A stretch of DNA of 60,339 nt from a virus. Its lineage: Duplodnaviria; Caudoviricetes. Below, piece by piece: positions 8,977-17,211 of this stretch; positions within the stretch are counted from its first letter, which is position 1, and the number at the start of each line of letters is the position of its first letter. Position numbers and translations under genes: made by a program. The notes below the pieces were generated by a model. It was not told the origin of the DNA. It searched no databases and worked only from the letters and a program-made list of their open reading frames with translations. The stretch is from the IMG/VR virus record IMGVR_UViG_3300042518_000658, positions 1 through 60,339 of that record; one strand, given 5' to 3'.

Positions 8977-9188
8977 CTTGTCCAGTGTGCGGTCAGGAAA
9001 TTGACCCTGAGCGGCTGGAGTTCTTGCGGATGGCCCGGAAGGCCTTGACCTGCCTTGGATGCTCTAACGAGCGGCCCAAGGTTTGTCTTACGTCCTATGA
9101 CCATAAGACGGCTGGCCATTTAGTGATTGTTGGTACAGACCCCGAGCAAATACGTCTTGCCCAAAGGGCTTATAGAAGGGAGCGGTGA
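8973..9188 (+). CDS. TraR/DksA C4-type zinc finger protein
   Basis: CPVCGQEIDPERLE...TCLGC matches the DksA/TraR finger pattern CxxCGxxIxxxRL...CxxC; ATGA overlap with the upstream gene. Confidence 0.75.
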   Translation: MTCPVCGQEIDPERLEFLRMARKALTCLGCSNERPKVCLTSYDHKTAGHLVIVGTDPEQIRLAQRAYRRER

Positions 9189-9415
9189 AGATGGAAGATC
9201 AGGCCAATGAAATCACTCGTCTGCAAGTCCTTTTAACAAGACTTCAGGCCGACTTGAGGGAGCGGGAAGAACGAATTATCTCCCTCCACGAACGGCTGAA
9301 GTCCAAGGAAACCGAGGTTCAAGACTTGGAGTCCTTCCGTAACCGGGAGAAGCAGGAGCATCAACGGGATGTCTCCCTTCTCCTAGCGGCAATCAAGGCT
9401 TTTGGGGGCCACTAA
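9185..9415 (+). CDS. Small coiled-coil protein
   Basis: GTGA overlap with the upstream gene; Leu/Glu/Arg heptads. Confidence 0.65.
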   Translation: MKMEDQANEITRLQVLLTRLQADLREREERIISLHERLKSKETEVQDLESFRNREKQEHQRDVSLLLAAIKAFGGH

Positions 9416-9571
9416 ATGACCGAATGGCAGAAGGCTTGGAAGTACGTCACCAAGAACTCAAGCCGGAAGAACAAGGCTTGGCTGCGTCGGCAAAACCACA
9501 GGGCTAACCGCCGAGCAGGAAAACTTATGTCAAGCCAGCACATCAGGCTTGATAAATGTCAAGTCTGCTAG
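9416..9571 (+). CDS. 51-aa Arg/Lys-rich peptide (not in the ORF track)
   Basis: ATG abuts the upstream TAA; MTEWQKAWKYVTKNSSRKNKAWLRRQNHRANRRAGKLMSSQHIRLDKCQVC. Confidence 0.55.
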   Translation: MTEWQKAWKYVTKNSSRKNKAWLRRQNHRANRRAGKLMSSQHIRLDKCQVC

Positions 9572-9581
9572 ACACGCGATA

Positions 9582-9617
9582 CCCCTAACGGGGCAGCGGC
9601 GTCTGGTGGATGGCGGC
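9582..9617 (+). promoter_or_regulatory. Early hairpin-box element, copy 3
   Basis: CCCC-TAAC-GGGG, then C-AGCGGCGTCTGGTGGATGGCGGC. Confidence 0.55.
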
Positions 9618-9621
9618 AACG

Positions 9622-9666
9622 GCCCCCTATCGGTAAGTCTAAAAGGCTTGCCGGTAGGGGGTTTTT
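9622..9666 (+). terminator. Rho-independent terminator
   Basis: CCCCTATCGGTAAGTCT-AAA-AGGCTTGCCGGTAGGGG followed by a T-tract. Confidence 0.75.
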
Positions 9667-9705
9667 GTTGGTTGTGTTCTCTGTCTTTCATCACAGGAAA
9701 TAACT

Positions 9706-10152
9706 ATGTCTCACGACGAAGATTCGGACGCATTTGACGATCTGTTCGCTGAAATTACTGCCGATGGCACGGCCACCAAGACTGCCGAAGTCAGCGACGA
9801 GCCGGAAGTGGTTGCCCCTTTGGCCGATAGCCGGGAAAACCTGATCGAGAATCTTGTGGCCGAGCCGGTTGTTCGGGAGGTTGCCAAGCCCGACGAGAAG
9901 AAAGTGGTCTACAAGACCGTGGATAAGGTGGAGATTGAGGGCGGCCCTAACGGGACTTCGAGCAAGGTTTATCCCCTTGGATACCTTGCCCTGACGTTTC
10001 TGGGATGGCGGTTCCAGAACAAGGCTTGCCTCTACCTTGATGCTTTGAAGTCTTTCGTGGCCTTCTGCCGGAGCCCTGAGTGTGATGCTTGGATGGCCCG
10101 CCTTGAGGCTGCTGGCTGTCGGAATCGTGGTGAAGCCCGGAAGGAGGGCTAG
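9706..10152 (+). CDS. Early hypothetical protein with acidic N-terminus, paralogous to 7988-8293
   Basis: CACAGGAAA RBS; motif SSKVYPLGY...KACLYLDA. Confidence 0.75.
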   Translation: MSHDEDSDAFDDLFAEITADGTATKTAEVSDEPEVVAPLADSRENLIENLVAEPVVREVAKPDEKKVVYKTVDKVEIEGGPNGTSSKVYPLGYLALTFLGWRFQNKACLYLDALKSFVAFCRSPECDAWMARLEAAGCRNRGEARKEG

Positions 10153-10155
10153 TCC

Positions 10156-10233
10156 ATGAGCGACGAAGCCTTCTGGTTTGTGGCCGGTGTGGTGGCGTCT
10201 TGGGTTGCGTCCAATTCCTTTATCTTGGGGTGA
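10156..10233 (+). CDS. 25-aa hydrophobic peptide
   Basis: MSDEAFWFVAGVVASWVASNSFILG; AAGGAGG RBS; fills the gap between neighbouring genes. Confidence 0.4.
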   Translation: MSDEAFWFVAGVVASWVASNSFILG

Positions 10234-10237
10234 CACT

Positions 10238-10360
10238 ATGCCTAGCGAATTGCCGGAGTCCCATGAGGTTTCGATGACTCTTGTGCCGAAGCCGGATGAG
10301 CAAGTCATCTGGTGGATGGACGAACTGGAAGGCTTCATTCAGACGGAAGCCTACTGCTGA
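10238..10360 (+). CDS. 40-aa acidic peptide
   Basis: ATG 4 nt after the preceding stop; followed by a terminator. Confidence 0.45.
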   Translation: MPSELPESHEVSMTLVPKPDEQVIWWMDELEGFIQTEAYC

Positions 10361-10384
10361 TTTTGTTGGTGATTCTCCTGTGTG

Positions 10385-10424
10385 GCCGGGGCGGCTCCTG
10401 ATTTTGGGGCCGCCCCGGTTTTTT
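10385..10424 (+). terminator. Rho-independent terminator
   Basis: GCCGGGGCGGCTCC...GGGGCCGCCCCGG followed by T6. Confidence 0.8.
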
Positions 10425-10617
10425 GTTGCCTCCCGGGTTCAAGCCCTTAGGGGCTCCGGCTTGGCAATCCATCGACCGGCAGGGGAATCGAGGCCCATAA
10501 GTCCTGAGGCCTTGCCCTGAGGGTTGCCGCTGGCCACGGCAATCCTTGGGGCCGGAAGGTGGTTTTTCTCGGCCAAAAGTTTTCTTGACATAGCCCATAA
10601 GACATAAGGAGCGGCGT

Positions 10618-10713
10618 ATGCCCGAGTCATGTCACTGCGAATCTTGTGATCGGTTTCTATGGGGCGAAGGGGATTCTCTTTGCCCTGAGTGCAAGGAACA
10701 AAGCGATGAGTAG
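10618..10713 (+). CDS. 31-aa zinc-ribbon peptide (not in the ORF track)
   Basis: TAAGGAG RBS; MPESCHCESCDRFLWGEGDSLCPECKEQSDE carries two CxxC motifs. Confidence 0.55.
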   Translation: MPESCHCESCDRFLWGEGDSLCPECKEQSDE

Positions 10714-10729
10714 AGGCGGCCATAGAGGA

Positions 10730-10870
10730 ATGAGACAGCGATGGGAGTTCACTTGGAAGGCTGTCGGCTACGGGGAAAACAGGGACGAAGCCCTTGCGGA
10801 CGCCAAGTCTTTCCTTAATGAGGCCGAGCCGAGCGAAGAAGTCCTGCTTGAGGAAGGAGACGAAGAATGA
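10730..10870 (+). CDS. Small acidic protein
   Basis: MRQRWEFTWKAVGYGENRDEALADAK...; ATGA overlap with the next gene. Confidence 0.5.
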   Translation: MRQRWEFTWKAVGYGENRDEALADAKSFLNEAEPSEEVLLEEGDEE

Positions 10871-11082
10871 CCCTGTTCACTGAGGACGAACTGAAGATGC
10901 TCAACGGGCTCCGAAACCGAGGCTTTGCGGTCTGTGTCTTTACCCCTGAGGAACTAGAGAAGGGGAAGTGCAGCCGCAAGGCTATGGAGGAAGTCCTTGT
11001 CGAGTCGGGCAATGAGATTCTTGTTGACCCTGATGATGTCAAAACGTGGCGAAACCCTGAGGACCATGAGGAGGGCAAGTAA
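10867..11082 (+). CDS. Small hypothetical protein, paralogous to 13795-14001
   Basis: Shares LRNRGFAVxxFxP and RKxxEx motifs with 13795-14001. Confidence 0.7.
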   Translation: MTLFTEDELKMLNGLRNRGFAVCVFTPEELEKGKCSRKAMEEVLVESGNEILVDPDDVKTWRNPEDHEEGK

Positions 11083-11342
11083 TGGGCGTGGCAAAGAAGT
11101 CCATGAAAAAACTTTGCCTAGCACTGAATGGCAAGAGCAAGGTGTGGTGTGACCTCATCGAAGCCGGATATGAGGACATTGACCCCCGCATCAAGGGCAT
11201 CTTGAAGGAGGCATACCTCCTCATCAGTGAGGTTCGGGAAATCAAGGACGAGTATGCGGACGGGCTGGAGCAGCGGGAAACCTTAGAGGAACCGAAAGAC
11301 CCCCAAGACGATTACGAGGAGGACGAAGAAGATTATGGCTGA
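11082..11342 (+). CDS. Hypothetical protein with acidic tail
   Basis: TAATG coupling with the upstream gene; 86 aa. Confidence 0.6.
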   Translation: MGVAKKSMKKLCLALNGKSKVWCDLIEAGYEDIDPRIKGILKEAYLLISEVREIKDEYADGLEQRETLEEPKDPQDDYEEDEEDYG

Positions 11343-12237
11343 CAAGACAATCAACATCGACGGCTCCGGCAAAGACGGGGCCATGACGTACTGGGAACCG
11401 GGCGAGATTTCTCGGACGGGATTGGTGTCCGCACTGGACAAGATTGGCAAGGTGAGCCTGACCCCCAAGGGCAGTACCCGTGGGGCAGCCCTGCAAGATG
11501 CCTTCTCGGCCTTCATTGACCGGGCCAAGATCAAAGTCAGGGGCAGGCCGATCAAGTTCTTCCCCTTGTCGGCGGAAGTCACGGGCTTTGATGCCCGGCA
11601 GATTAACCCCGGCAATGAGGAAGTCGATCCGGTTTTCGTGGCAAGCATTGTGGTGGATGACAACGATCAGGTTCAGATTGCCAAATACAACCCAGCAATC
11701 CTACCTCAGTTGGACAACCACAAGGCTAAGGTTGAGTCGGTGCTGCAATCTGTGTTTGACAACAGATGCAATTACTTCCCCACCGCAACTGTCTCTGCCT
11801 GTGTGGCCCGAGTGATTGAAAGCCTTGGCGGGATTCGTATTCGTCGGGCTGGAGGCTACTACTTCGTTCCCCGCAAGGGGCTCGATGACTTTGATGACTT
11901 CTCGAAGGAGGTTGCCAATCAAAGCGGGCCGGAGATTGTGGCAGTCAAGTTTCCGCTGGTTCCAACGGAGACTTCCTATGCCGCAGTCCTCAAGTCAGTA
12001 AAGACCGTGGCCAAGGAGAGGCTTGCGGCGATTGAGGCAGGGCTTCTTGAGTTGGGCACCGACCGGAAGATGAGGTCCAACGGCAAGGAGTCACGCCTGA
12101 AGGAGTGTGAAGATGTCCTCTCCATGCTCAAGGACTATGAGGAAATCCTTGGTGTCAGCCTTAGTGAGTCCAAGGAACTCGTAGCCAAGGTAGAGACTGC
12201 GGTTCATGCCCACGCTGCTCTTGAGTGGGCTCTGTAG
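11335..12237 (+). CDS. Hypothetical protein of the kind found beside MoxR-AAA/VWA genes (DUF3150/DUF6744-like)
   Basis: GIRIRRAGGYYFVP motif and C-terminal helical region; adjacent to the AAA and VWA genes. Confidence 0.55.
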   Translation: MADKTINIDGSGKDGAMTYWEPGEISRTGLVSALDKIGKVSLTPKGSTRGAALQDAFSAFIDRAKIKVRGRPIKFFPLSAEVTGFDARQINPGNEEVDPVFVASIVVDDNDQVQIAKYNPAILPQLDNHKAKVESVLQSVFDNRCNYFPTATVSACVARVIESLGGIRIRRAGGYYFVPRKGLDDFDDFSKEVANQSGPEIVAVKFPLVPTETSYAAVLKSVKTVAKERLAAIEAGLLELGTDRKMRSNGKESRLKECEDVLSMLKDYEEILGVSLSESKELVAKVETAVHAHAALEWAL

Positions 12238-12260
12238 TCCTAATCGTTAGTACGCACGTT

Positions 12261-12297
12261 GCCCCTAACGGGGGAGCGGCGTCTGGTCAGTGTCGGC
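12261..12297 (+). promoter_or_regulatory. Early hairpin-box element, copy 4
   Basis: CCCC-TAAC-GGGG, then G-AGCGGCGTCTGGTCAGTGTCGGC, upstream of the AAA ATPase. Confidence 0.65.
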
Positions 12298-12337
12298 CAG
12301 CCCGCCCCCCACCCCATAGCACAAGGAAAATCCGTAC

Positions 12338-13480
12338 ATGGTCAGTTCAATTCAGTCTTGGTCGAAGGCCTGCCCAAATGCAACGGCCCTGATCGCTGCC
12401 CAATCGAAGGCTCCGGTCGAAGTCATAAGCCCGCCGGGTTGTGCCAAGTCCTCGGTGATTTGGCAGTGGGCGACGGCCCTGAAACGGGACTTGATGTACC
12501 TCATCGGTTCCACCCATGCCCCGGAGGATTTCTCCGGCATCCCCTTCCTGTCGGAGTGCAAGACCTTCTTCACTCAGACCCCTCCCCGCTGGGCCGAGAG
12601 GCTTGCCCGCCCCGGGGCCATGCTGTTCCTTGACGAGTTGACCACGGTTCCTCCTTCGGTTCGGGCGGCAATGCTGTCCATGCTGACGGAGCGGCGGCTG
12701 GGTGACCTCGTTATCCACCCCGATACCCTGTTCCTTGCGGCCTGCAATCCACCGCAGATGGCTCCCAACGCCAGCCCTCTGGAGAAGTCGATGGCCAATC
12801 GCTTCTTCCACTGGGACTGGGTCCATGACTATGAGGCTTGGGCCACGGGGATGCTGAGCGAGGACGATAACTTCACCCCCTCTTGGGTGCCGGTCGTTCC
12901 CAATGATTGGAAGCGGTTCAAGCCGCAGTTCGGTGCCCTGATCGTTTCCTATACCCGGAAGAACAGCAACGAACGGATTGCCGTGCCGCAGAACGATGAG
13001 GAACTGGCCTTCGCCACTCCCCGTTCTTGGAAGTACCTCCGAGATGCCTTGGCGGCAGCCGAGTCTGTCGGTGCCCCGATGGACATCAAGAAGAACCTTG
13101 CCATCGGCATGATCGGCAAGCAGTCGGGCCGGAACTTTATGCAGTTCCTTGCCCAGTTCGACCTCGTTGATCCCGAGGAAGTTCTGGCTGGCAAGAAGGA
13201 GTTCAAGCACGACAAAAAGCGGGCCGACCTGACGGTGACCCTGATGACTTCCATCGTCACGGCCATCAAGCAGCAGTACACCGAGTCTCGGATGGACGCT
13301 GCGATTGAACTGTTCTGTGCCAACCTTGGGAAGGACACGGCAGACCTTGTGTTCACGCAACTCAGGCACCTGATTGAGTCTCGGCCCACCGGAACTGCCC
13401 TTAGCAAGAAGTCTCTGGCTGCGATTGCTGAATTCGGGGCAAGAATCCCTCCCCACCTTCGCAAGAAGAAGGCGGGGTAA
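12338..13480 (+). CDS. MoxR-like AAA+ ATPase
   Basis: Walker A SPPGCAKS, EDFSGIP, Walker B LFLDEL, sensor AACNP, arginine finger ANRF, and ATPRSW. Confidence 0.88.
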   Translation: MVSSIQSWSKACPNATALIAAQSKAPVEVISPPGCAKSSVIWQWATALKRDLMYLIGSTHAPEDFSGIPFLSECKTFFTQTPPRWAERLARPGAMLFLDELTTVPPSVRAAMLSMLTERRLGDLVIHPDTLFLAACNPPQMAPNASPLEKSMANRFFHWDWVHDYEAWATGMLSEDDNFTPSWVPVVPNDWKRFKPQFGALIVSYTRKNSNERIAVPQNDEELAFATPRSWKYLRDALAAAESVGAPMDIKKNLAIGMIGKQSGRNFMQFLAQFDLVDPEEVLAGKKEFKHDKKRADLTVTLMTSIVTAIKQQYTESRMDAAIELFCANLGKDTADLVFTQLRHLIESRPTGTALSKKSLAAIAEFGARIPPHLRKKKAG

Positions 13481-13483
13481 ACT

Positions 13484-13795
13484 ATGTCGAAGCCATGCGT
13501 TCTTGTTGTTGGAAACCCTTCGGATGGCTACCGATACATCGGGCCATTCGAGGACTTCGATGCGGCAGCACAGTTCTCCGAAGGGGCGGATAGCGATAAC
13601 TGGGTGGCGACTCTGGAGGCCCCAGATGGGGCCAACTTGTTGGCGGCGGCACCGGAGATGCTGGCTGCCCTGAAAGACCTGATGGAACTGTATTCCAACG
13701 GGCAACTCGTCATCGAAGGCGAGCGTGACGAGGGAGACGATCCAGTTGTTGGTGCCGCGTTCCATGCCATCGCCAAAGCAGAAGGGAGGGGCTGA
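13484..13795 (+). CDS. Hypothetical phage protein
   Basis: Contains the common phage motif NLLAAAPEMLAALK...AIAKAEG. Confidence 0.65.
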   Translation: MSKPCVLVVGNPSDGYRYIGPFEDFDAAAQFSEGADSDNWVATLEAPDGANLLAAAPEMLAALKDLMELYSNGQLVIEGERDEGDDPVVGAAFHAIAKAEGRG

Positions 13796-14001
13796 TGTTC
13801 TACCGCAAGGCCTACAAGGCAGGCATGACCCGGGAGGACGAGGACTTGCTGCGGCGGCTCCGAAACAGGGGGTTCGCCGTGGCGATCTTTGCCCCCGTCG
13901 ATGTTGGAAATCCTTTGAACCGCAAGCCGGTTGAGGATTCGATGGTGAAGGCCGGGCGAAACTTACTCAAACAAATGGAGGTCCGCAGTGAGTCACGTTG
14001 A
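13795..14001 (+). CDS. Small hypothetical protein, paralogous to 10867-11082
   Basis: LRRLRNRGFAVAIFAP; TGATG coupling with the upstream gene. Confidence 0.7.
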   Translation: MFYRKAYKAGMTREDEDLLRRLRNRGFAVAIFAPVDVGNPLNRKPVEDSMVKAGRNLLKQMEVRSESR

Positions 14002-15469
14002 GTTGGTTGATCTTGTCAGCCAGTTCCGGATGATGATCTACCAGCACTTCCCCTACTTAGCCCCTTACATCTATAGCCTTACCCCAGTGGAGAGGCCGGG
14101 GCTTGGGACCATGGCGGTAGATAAGTATGGCCGGATGTATTACGACCCGGCTTGGTGTGAAACCTTAACCCTTGAGCAGGGCGGATACGTTGTCTGCCAT
14201 GAGTGCTGGCACCTTATCCTTCGGCATTGCCATCGGGCTCCGAAGATTGTTGGTGAAAACCCCACACCCAAGGAGTCTTATCTCCTGAACGTGGCGATGG
14301 ACATTGTGGTTTGGGAGATGATGGAAACCATTGCCCCGATGGCCCCCGAGGGTGGAGTCACCTTCCCCGAGGCCAAGAAGCGGTGGCCCAAGATCGAGAA
14401 GAACATGACGGTGGAGCAACTTTACTCCATCATCACCGAGCAGGAGGATGAGCCGGGCCAGAAGCCCGGAGATGGCGACAAGGAGAGCGAGAAGAAGGAG
14501 GACAACCCCATCGGTGGAGACTTCCACCAGCCCACCGACGAGAAGCCCGAGGATTCCACCCAAGAAAACGAGGACGGCAATGGTGATGGCGAATCCGAGC
14601 CTGATGAAGCAGATCAAGATGATGGCAAGACTGGCCGAGGCAAGGACGATCAAGGCAAGCCGAAAGACGGTGATGGTTCCGGCGACGAGCAGTTCGACAA
14701 GCCCTTCAAAGTGAACGAAAGTTCGGCGGCTGACGGCAAGCCCAAGGACTACGAGGAAGAACCTGACCCTGTGTGGGAGGCCTTCAAGGAGGACCGCCTG
14801 CTGGAGTCGGTCGAGAAGAAGATCGAAGAACTTGAGGAGGATCGTGACTGGGTTGGTGGCCGGGGCACCATTCCTGCTGGGCTGAAGCGGCTCATCAAGA
14901 ACAAGTTGCGGCCCCAGCCCAACCCTTGGGATCAACTCCGGGCGACGGTTGCCAAGTGTGCTGCCAATCACCGGGGCTGCCCGGACTATACCTATCGCCG
15001 CCTCAATAGAAGGCAGCAGGGCTCGGCGGATATGCCTCGGCTCAAGGGAACACAGAAGTATTCCCCCAAGGCTGTGGTCATTATCGACACCAGCGGTTCG
15101 ATGACTGCTCGATGCCTTGCCAAAGCCCTTGTGGTTATCAAGCAAGGCTTGCAGGCACTGGGTCAGGTTCCTGTTGTGACCTGTGATGCCAAGGTCCATC
15201 AGGACAAGGTACTCACTGGCGTTCACGAAGAGTTTGAATTGGTTGGCGGCGGCGGCACCGACATGACTGTGCCGATCATCTACACCCAAGAGAAGTACAA
15301 GCCGGATGTCACTGTCCTTGTGACCGACACCGGAACCCCTTGGCCCGACCGCCCCATCAAGGGGCAGTTGATTGTGGCCGCAACGCAGGATGGATACGTC
15401 CCGCCTTGGGCAACCAAGGTTCGTATCCCCGATTCCCCCGAGAAGAATTCACTGGAGGGCGACGAATGA
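13988..15469 (+). CDS. Metallopeptidase-VWA protein (DUF2201-like)
   Basis: TMAVD, HECWH (HExxH), N.AMD, an acidic linker, then VWA motifs IIDTSGSM, GGGGTD and VTD. Confidence 0.88.
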   Translation: MSHVELVDLVSQFRMMIYQHFPYLAPYIYSLTPVERPGLGTMAVDKYGRMYYDPAWCETLTLEQGGYVVCHECWHLILRHCHRAPKIVGENPTPKESYLLNVAMDIVVWEMMETIAPMAPEGGVTFPEAKKRWPKIEKNMTVEQLYSIITEQEDEPGQKPGDGDKESEKKEDNPIGGDFHQPTDEKPEDSTQENEDGNGDGESEPDEADQDDGKTGRGKDDQGKPKDGDGSGDEQFDKPFKVNESSAADGKPKDYEEEPDPVWEAFKEDRLLESVEKKIEELEEDRDWVGGRGTIPAGLKRLIKNKLRPQPNPWDQLRATVAKCAANHRGCPDYTYRRLNRRQQGSADMPRLKGTQKYSPKAVVIIDTSGSMTARCLAKALVVIKQGLQALGQVPVVTCDAKVHQDKVLTGVHEEFELVGGGGTDMTVPIIYTQEKYKPDVTVLVTDTGTPWPDRPIKGQLIVAATQDGYVPPWATKVRIPDSPEKNSLEGDE

Positions 15470-16905
15470 CCGAAGCCAAAAAGATTCCCACGTTTTCATG
15501 GCTCATCCGCAAGGCGGAAGCCATGCTGCGGAAGGACCCCGATGAGTACAAGGAGTTGCGGAAGTACGGCTCCACCAAACTCCTTCGCGGCGTCCGAGTG
15601 AAGATGGAACTGATGGACAGTTGCAGCGATAACGCCTTCACTCTTATCAGCAGCGGCGAGAATGGAGTCGATTACGCAAGGATCACAGCAGCCCGGCACA
15701 ACGGGGAGTTCTACACCCGATACCAACTTTTGTTCACCACCACCAAGTACCGGAAGCGGATGCACAAGTTCTTGCCGATCAGCCTTCCCGAAGGAGCCAA
15801 GTGTCGGAAGCACACGAAGTGCATCTACTACAACGCAGATGGAACCAAGTCCCATGAAGGTCATTGGTATGGGGGTAGCCGAGGGAGAAGTGGCACCCCG
15901 AGCGAAGGCCAACTGCACGTTAAGGACTCGGACGGCACGTTGATTAAGTGGTCGGAACTTCCGCCGGGTGACGAGAACACATTGGCCCATGACCTTAACT
16001 ACGCCAACCCGACCGACCTTTGGCATGACTTCCTCCCCGGATCATGCAACTCCAAGTTGGATTGGTATGCCAGCATGGTGCCGCCCGAGGTTGAGCATTA
16101 CCGGACGGTGTGGAGCGACGGGAGCCCCTTAAAGACGAAACTCTCCGGCCTGCTGTGGGATGCCAACAAGATGCGGCTGCTGGCTGCCAAGGTTCACTCG
16201 GCTGCCATCCGGCTGGCCAAGAAGTATCCCCACCTGAAGGTTGCCCTGTACCCCATGGCATCCAGTCGGCCAGACGGCGAACACTTGTACGATCACCCCA
16301 TTCACCTTAACAGGTTCGAGCGGGACGGCGAGTCCTTCCGGCAGGAACTTGTCCTTGGCCGGGATGAGGACGATGAGCCGATGATCTGGCACCTGCCCGA
16401 GTTGGTTGTGTACTGGACTATTCCGGCTGAAAAAGCAGGCGTCCGGTTTCACAAGGGACTTCACTACCCCAAGTGGATCAGGGTTCAGATACCCCCGGTG
16501 GGATGCCAGTCCTTGCTGCGTGACAGCATGGACTCGTCGGCGTTCTCCAAGTTCTACCGATGGGGTGCCAAGCGATACCCGAGTTCTTACTTTTCGGTCA
16601 GCCGTTGGCAACTTCCTGTTGAGGCTGCATACCACAGGCTCATTGCCTTGGCCGAAGGCAGCCGGGGCAACTCGATTCGCGGAGTCCTTCAGACAGGGAG
16701 ATACCACTTCCGTCAGCACGGAACTGTTGATGCAGACACCAAGATTCACGACTGGAACCAAGGCCAGAATGTTGTGGTTGTATGGGACAACTCGGCAGAC
16801 AACGACGATGACTGGGTGCGGATGGAGCCTATTGCTTGCCGACCCGACAACGTCTTTGCCGGGATGGAAGAGCGGGAGTTGATCGACTCCCTTCCGCTCT
16901 GCTGA
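15466..16905 (+). CDS. Large hypothetical protein (479 aa)
   Basis: Start at MTEAKK with an ATGA overlap and GGAGG RBS; aromatic-rich; no family recognised. Confidence 0.7.
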   Translation: MTEAKKIPTFSWLIRKAEAMLRKDPDEYKELRKYGSTKLLRGVRVKMELMDSCSDNAFTLISSGENGVDYARITAARHNGEFYTRYQLLFTTTKYRKRMHKFLPISLPEGAKCRKHTKCIYYNADGTKSHEGHWYGGSRGRSGTPSEGQLHVKDSDGTLIKWSELPPGDENTLAHDLNYANPTDLWHDFLPGSCNSKLDWYASMVPPEVEHYRTVWSDGSPLKTKLSGLLWDANKMRLLAAKVHSAAIRLAKKYPHLKVALYPMASSRPDGEHLYDHPIHLNRFERDGESFRQELVLGRDEDDEPMIWHLPELVVYWTIPAEKAGVRFHKGLHYPKWIRVQIPPVGCQSLLRDSMDSSAFSKFYRWGAKRYPSSYFSVSRWQLPVEAAYHRLIALAEGSRGNSIRGVLQTGRYHFRQHGTVDADTKIHDWNQGQNVVVVWDNSADNDDDWVRMEPIACRPDNVFAGMEERELIDSLPLC

Positions 16906-16935
16906 ACAAATGACCATTGACCCAAAGAATAACCC

Positions 16936-17211
16936 ATGACACAACACCAAGAGCCAGTCCTATTGGCATTGGCCTTCTGCGTTTTTTGGATTGTCACACT
17001 GCAACGGAGCCTGAACTCAACCCCATGGTTCATCCTAAGGAGTCTGGTAGTAGCCAGTTATTCCTTCGTGACCATCGGGGGCGAACAACAATTCGATTCC
17101 ATTGCTGAATGGGTTGCTCAGGCAATGGTCTGGAGTCACTGGTTTACGGTTGTCACTGTGTTGGTTTACCCCGATCCAAGATTTCAAAGGAGAAGCAATG
17201 CCAGAAGATAA
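16936..17211 (+). CDS. Small membrane protein
   Basis: Two to three hydrophobic segments; lower GC than the surroundings. Confidence 0.55.
   Translation: MTQHQEPVLLALAFCVFWIVTLQRSLNSTPWFILRSLVVASYSFVTIGGEQQFDSIAEWVAQAMVWSHWFTVVTVLVYPDPRFQRRSNARR

Noticed and set aside
10585-10620. Sigma-70 promoter (TTGACA) and a fifth AGCGGCGT box
   Set aside because: There is no -10 hexamer at 16-18 nt spacing. The AGCGGCGT here lacks the hairpin and downstream box and overlaps the RBS and spacer of a small gene.
12347-13765. 472-aa minus-strand ORF and other long antisense ORFs (e.g. 14165-15289, 32829-34046, 35505-36494, 59698-60324)
   Set aside because: These are shadow frames of GC-biased genes with no motifs, unlike the antisense HNH in the intein, which has a complete domain signature.
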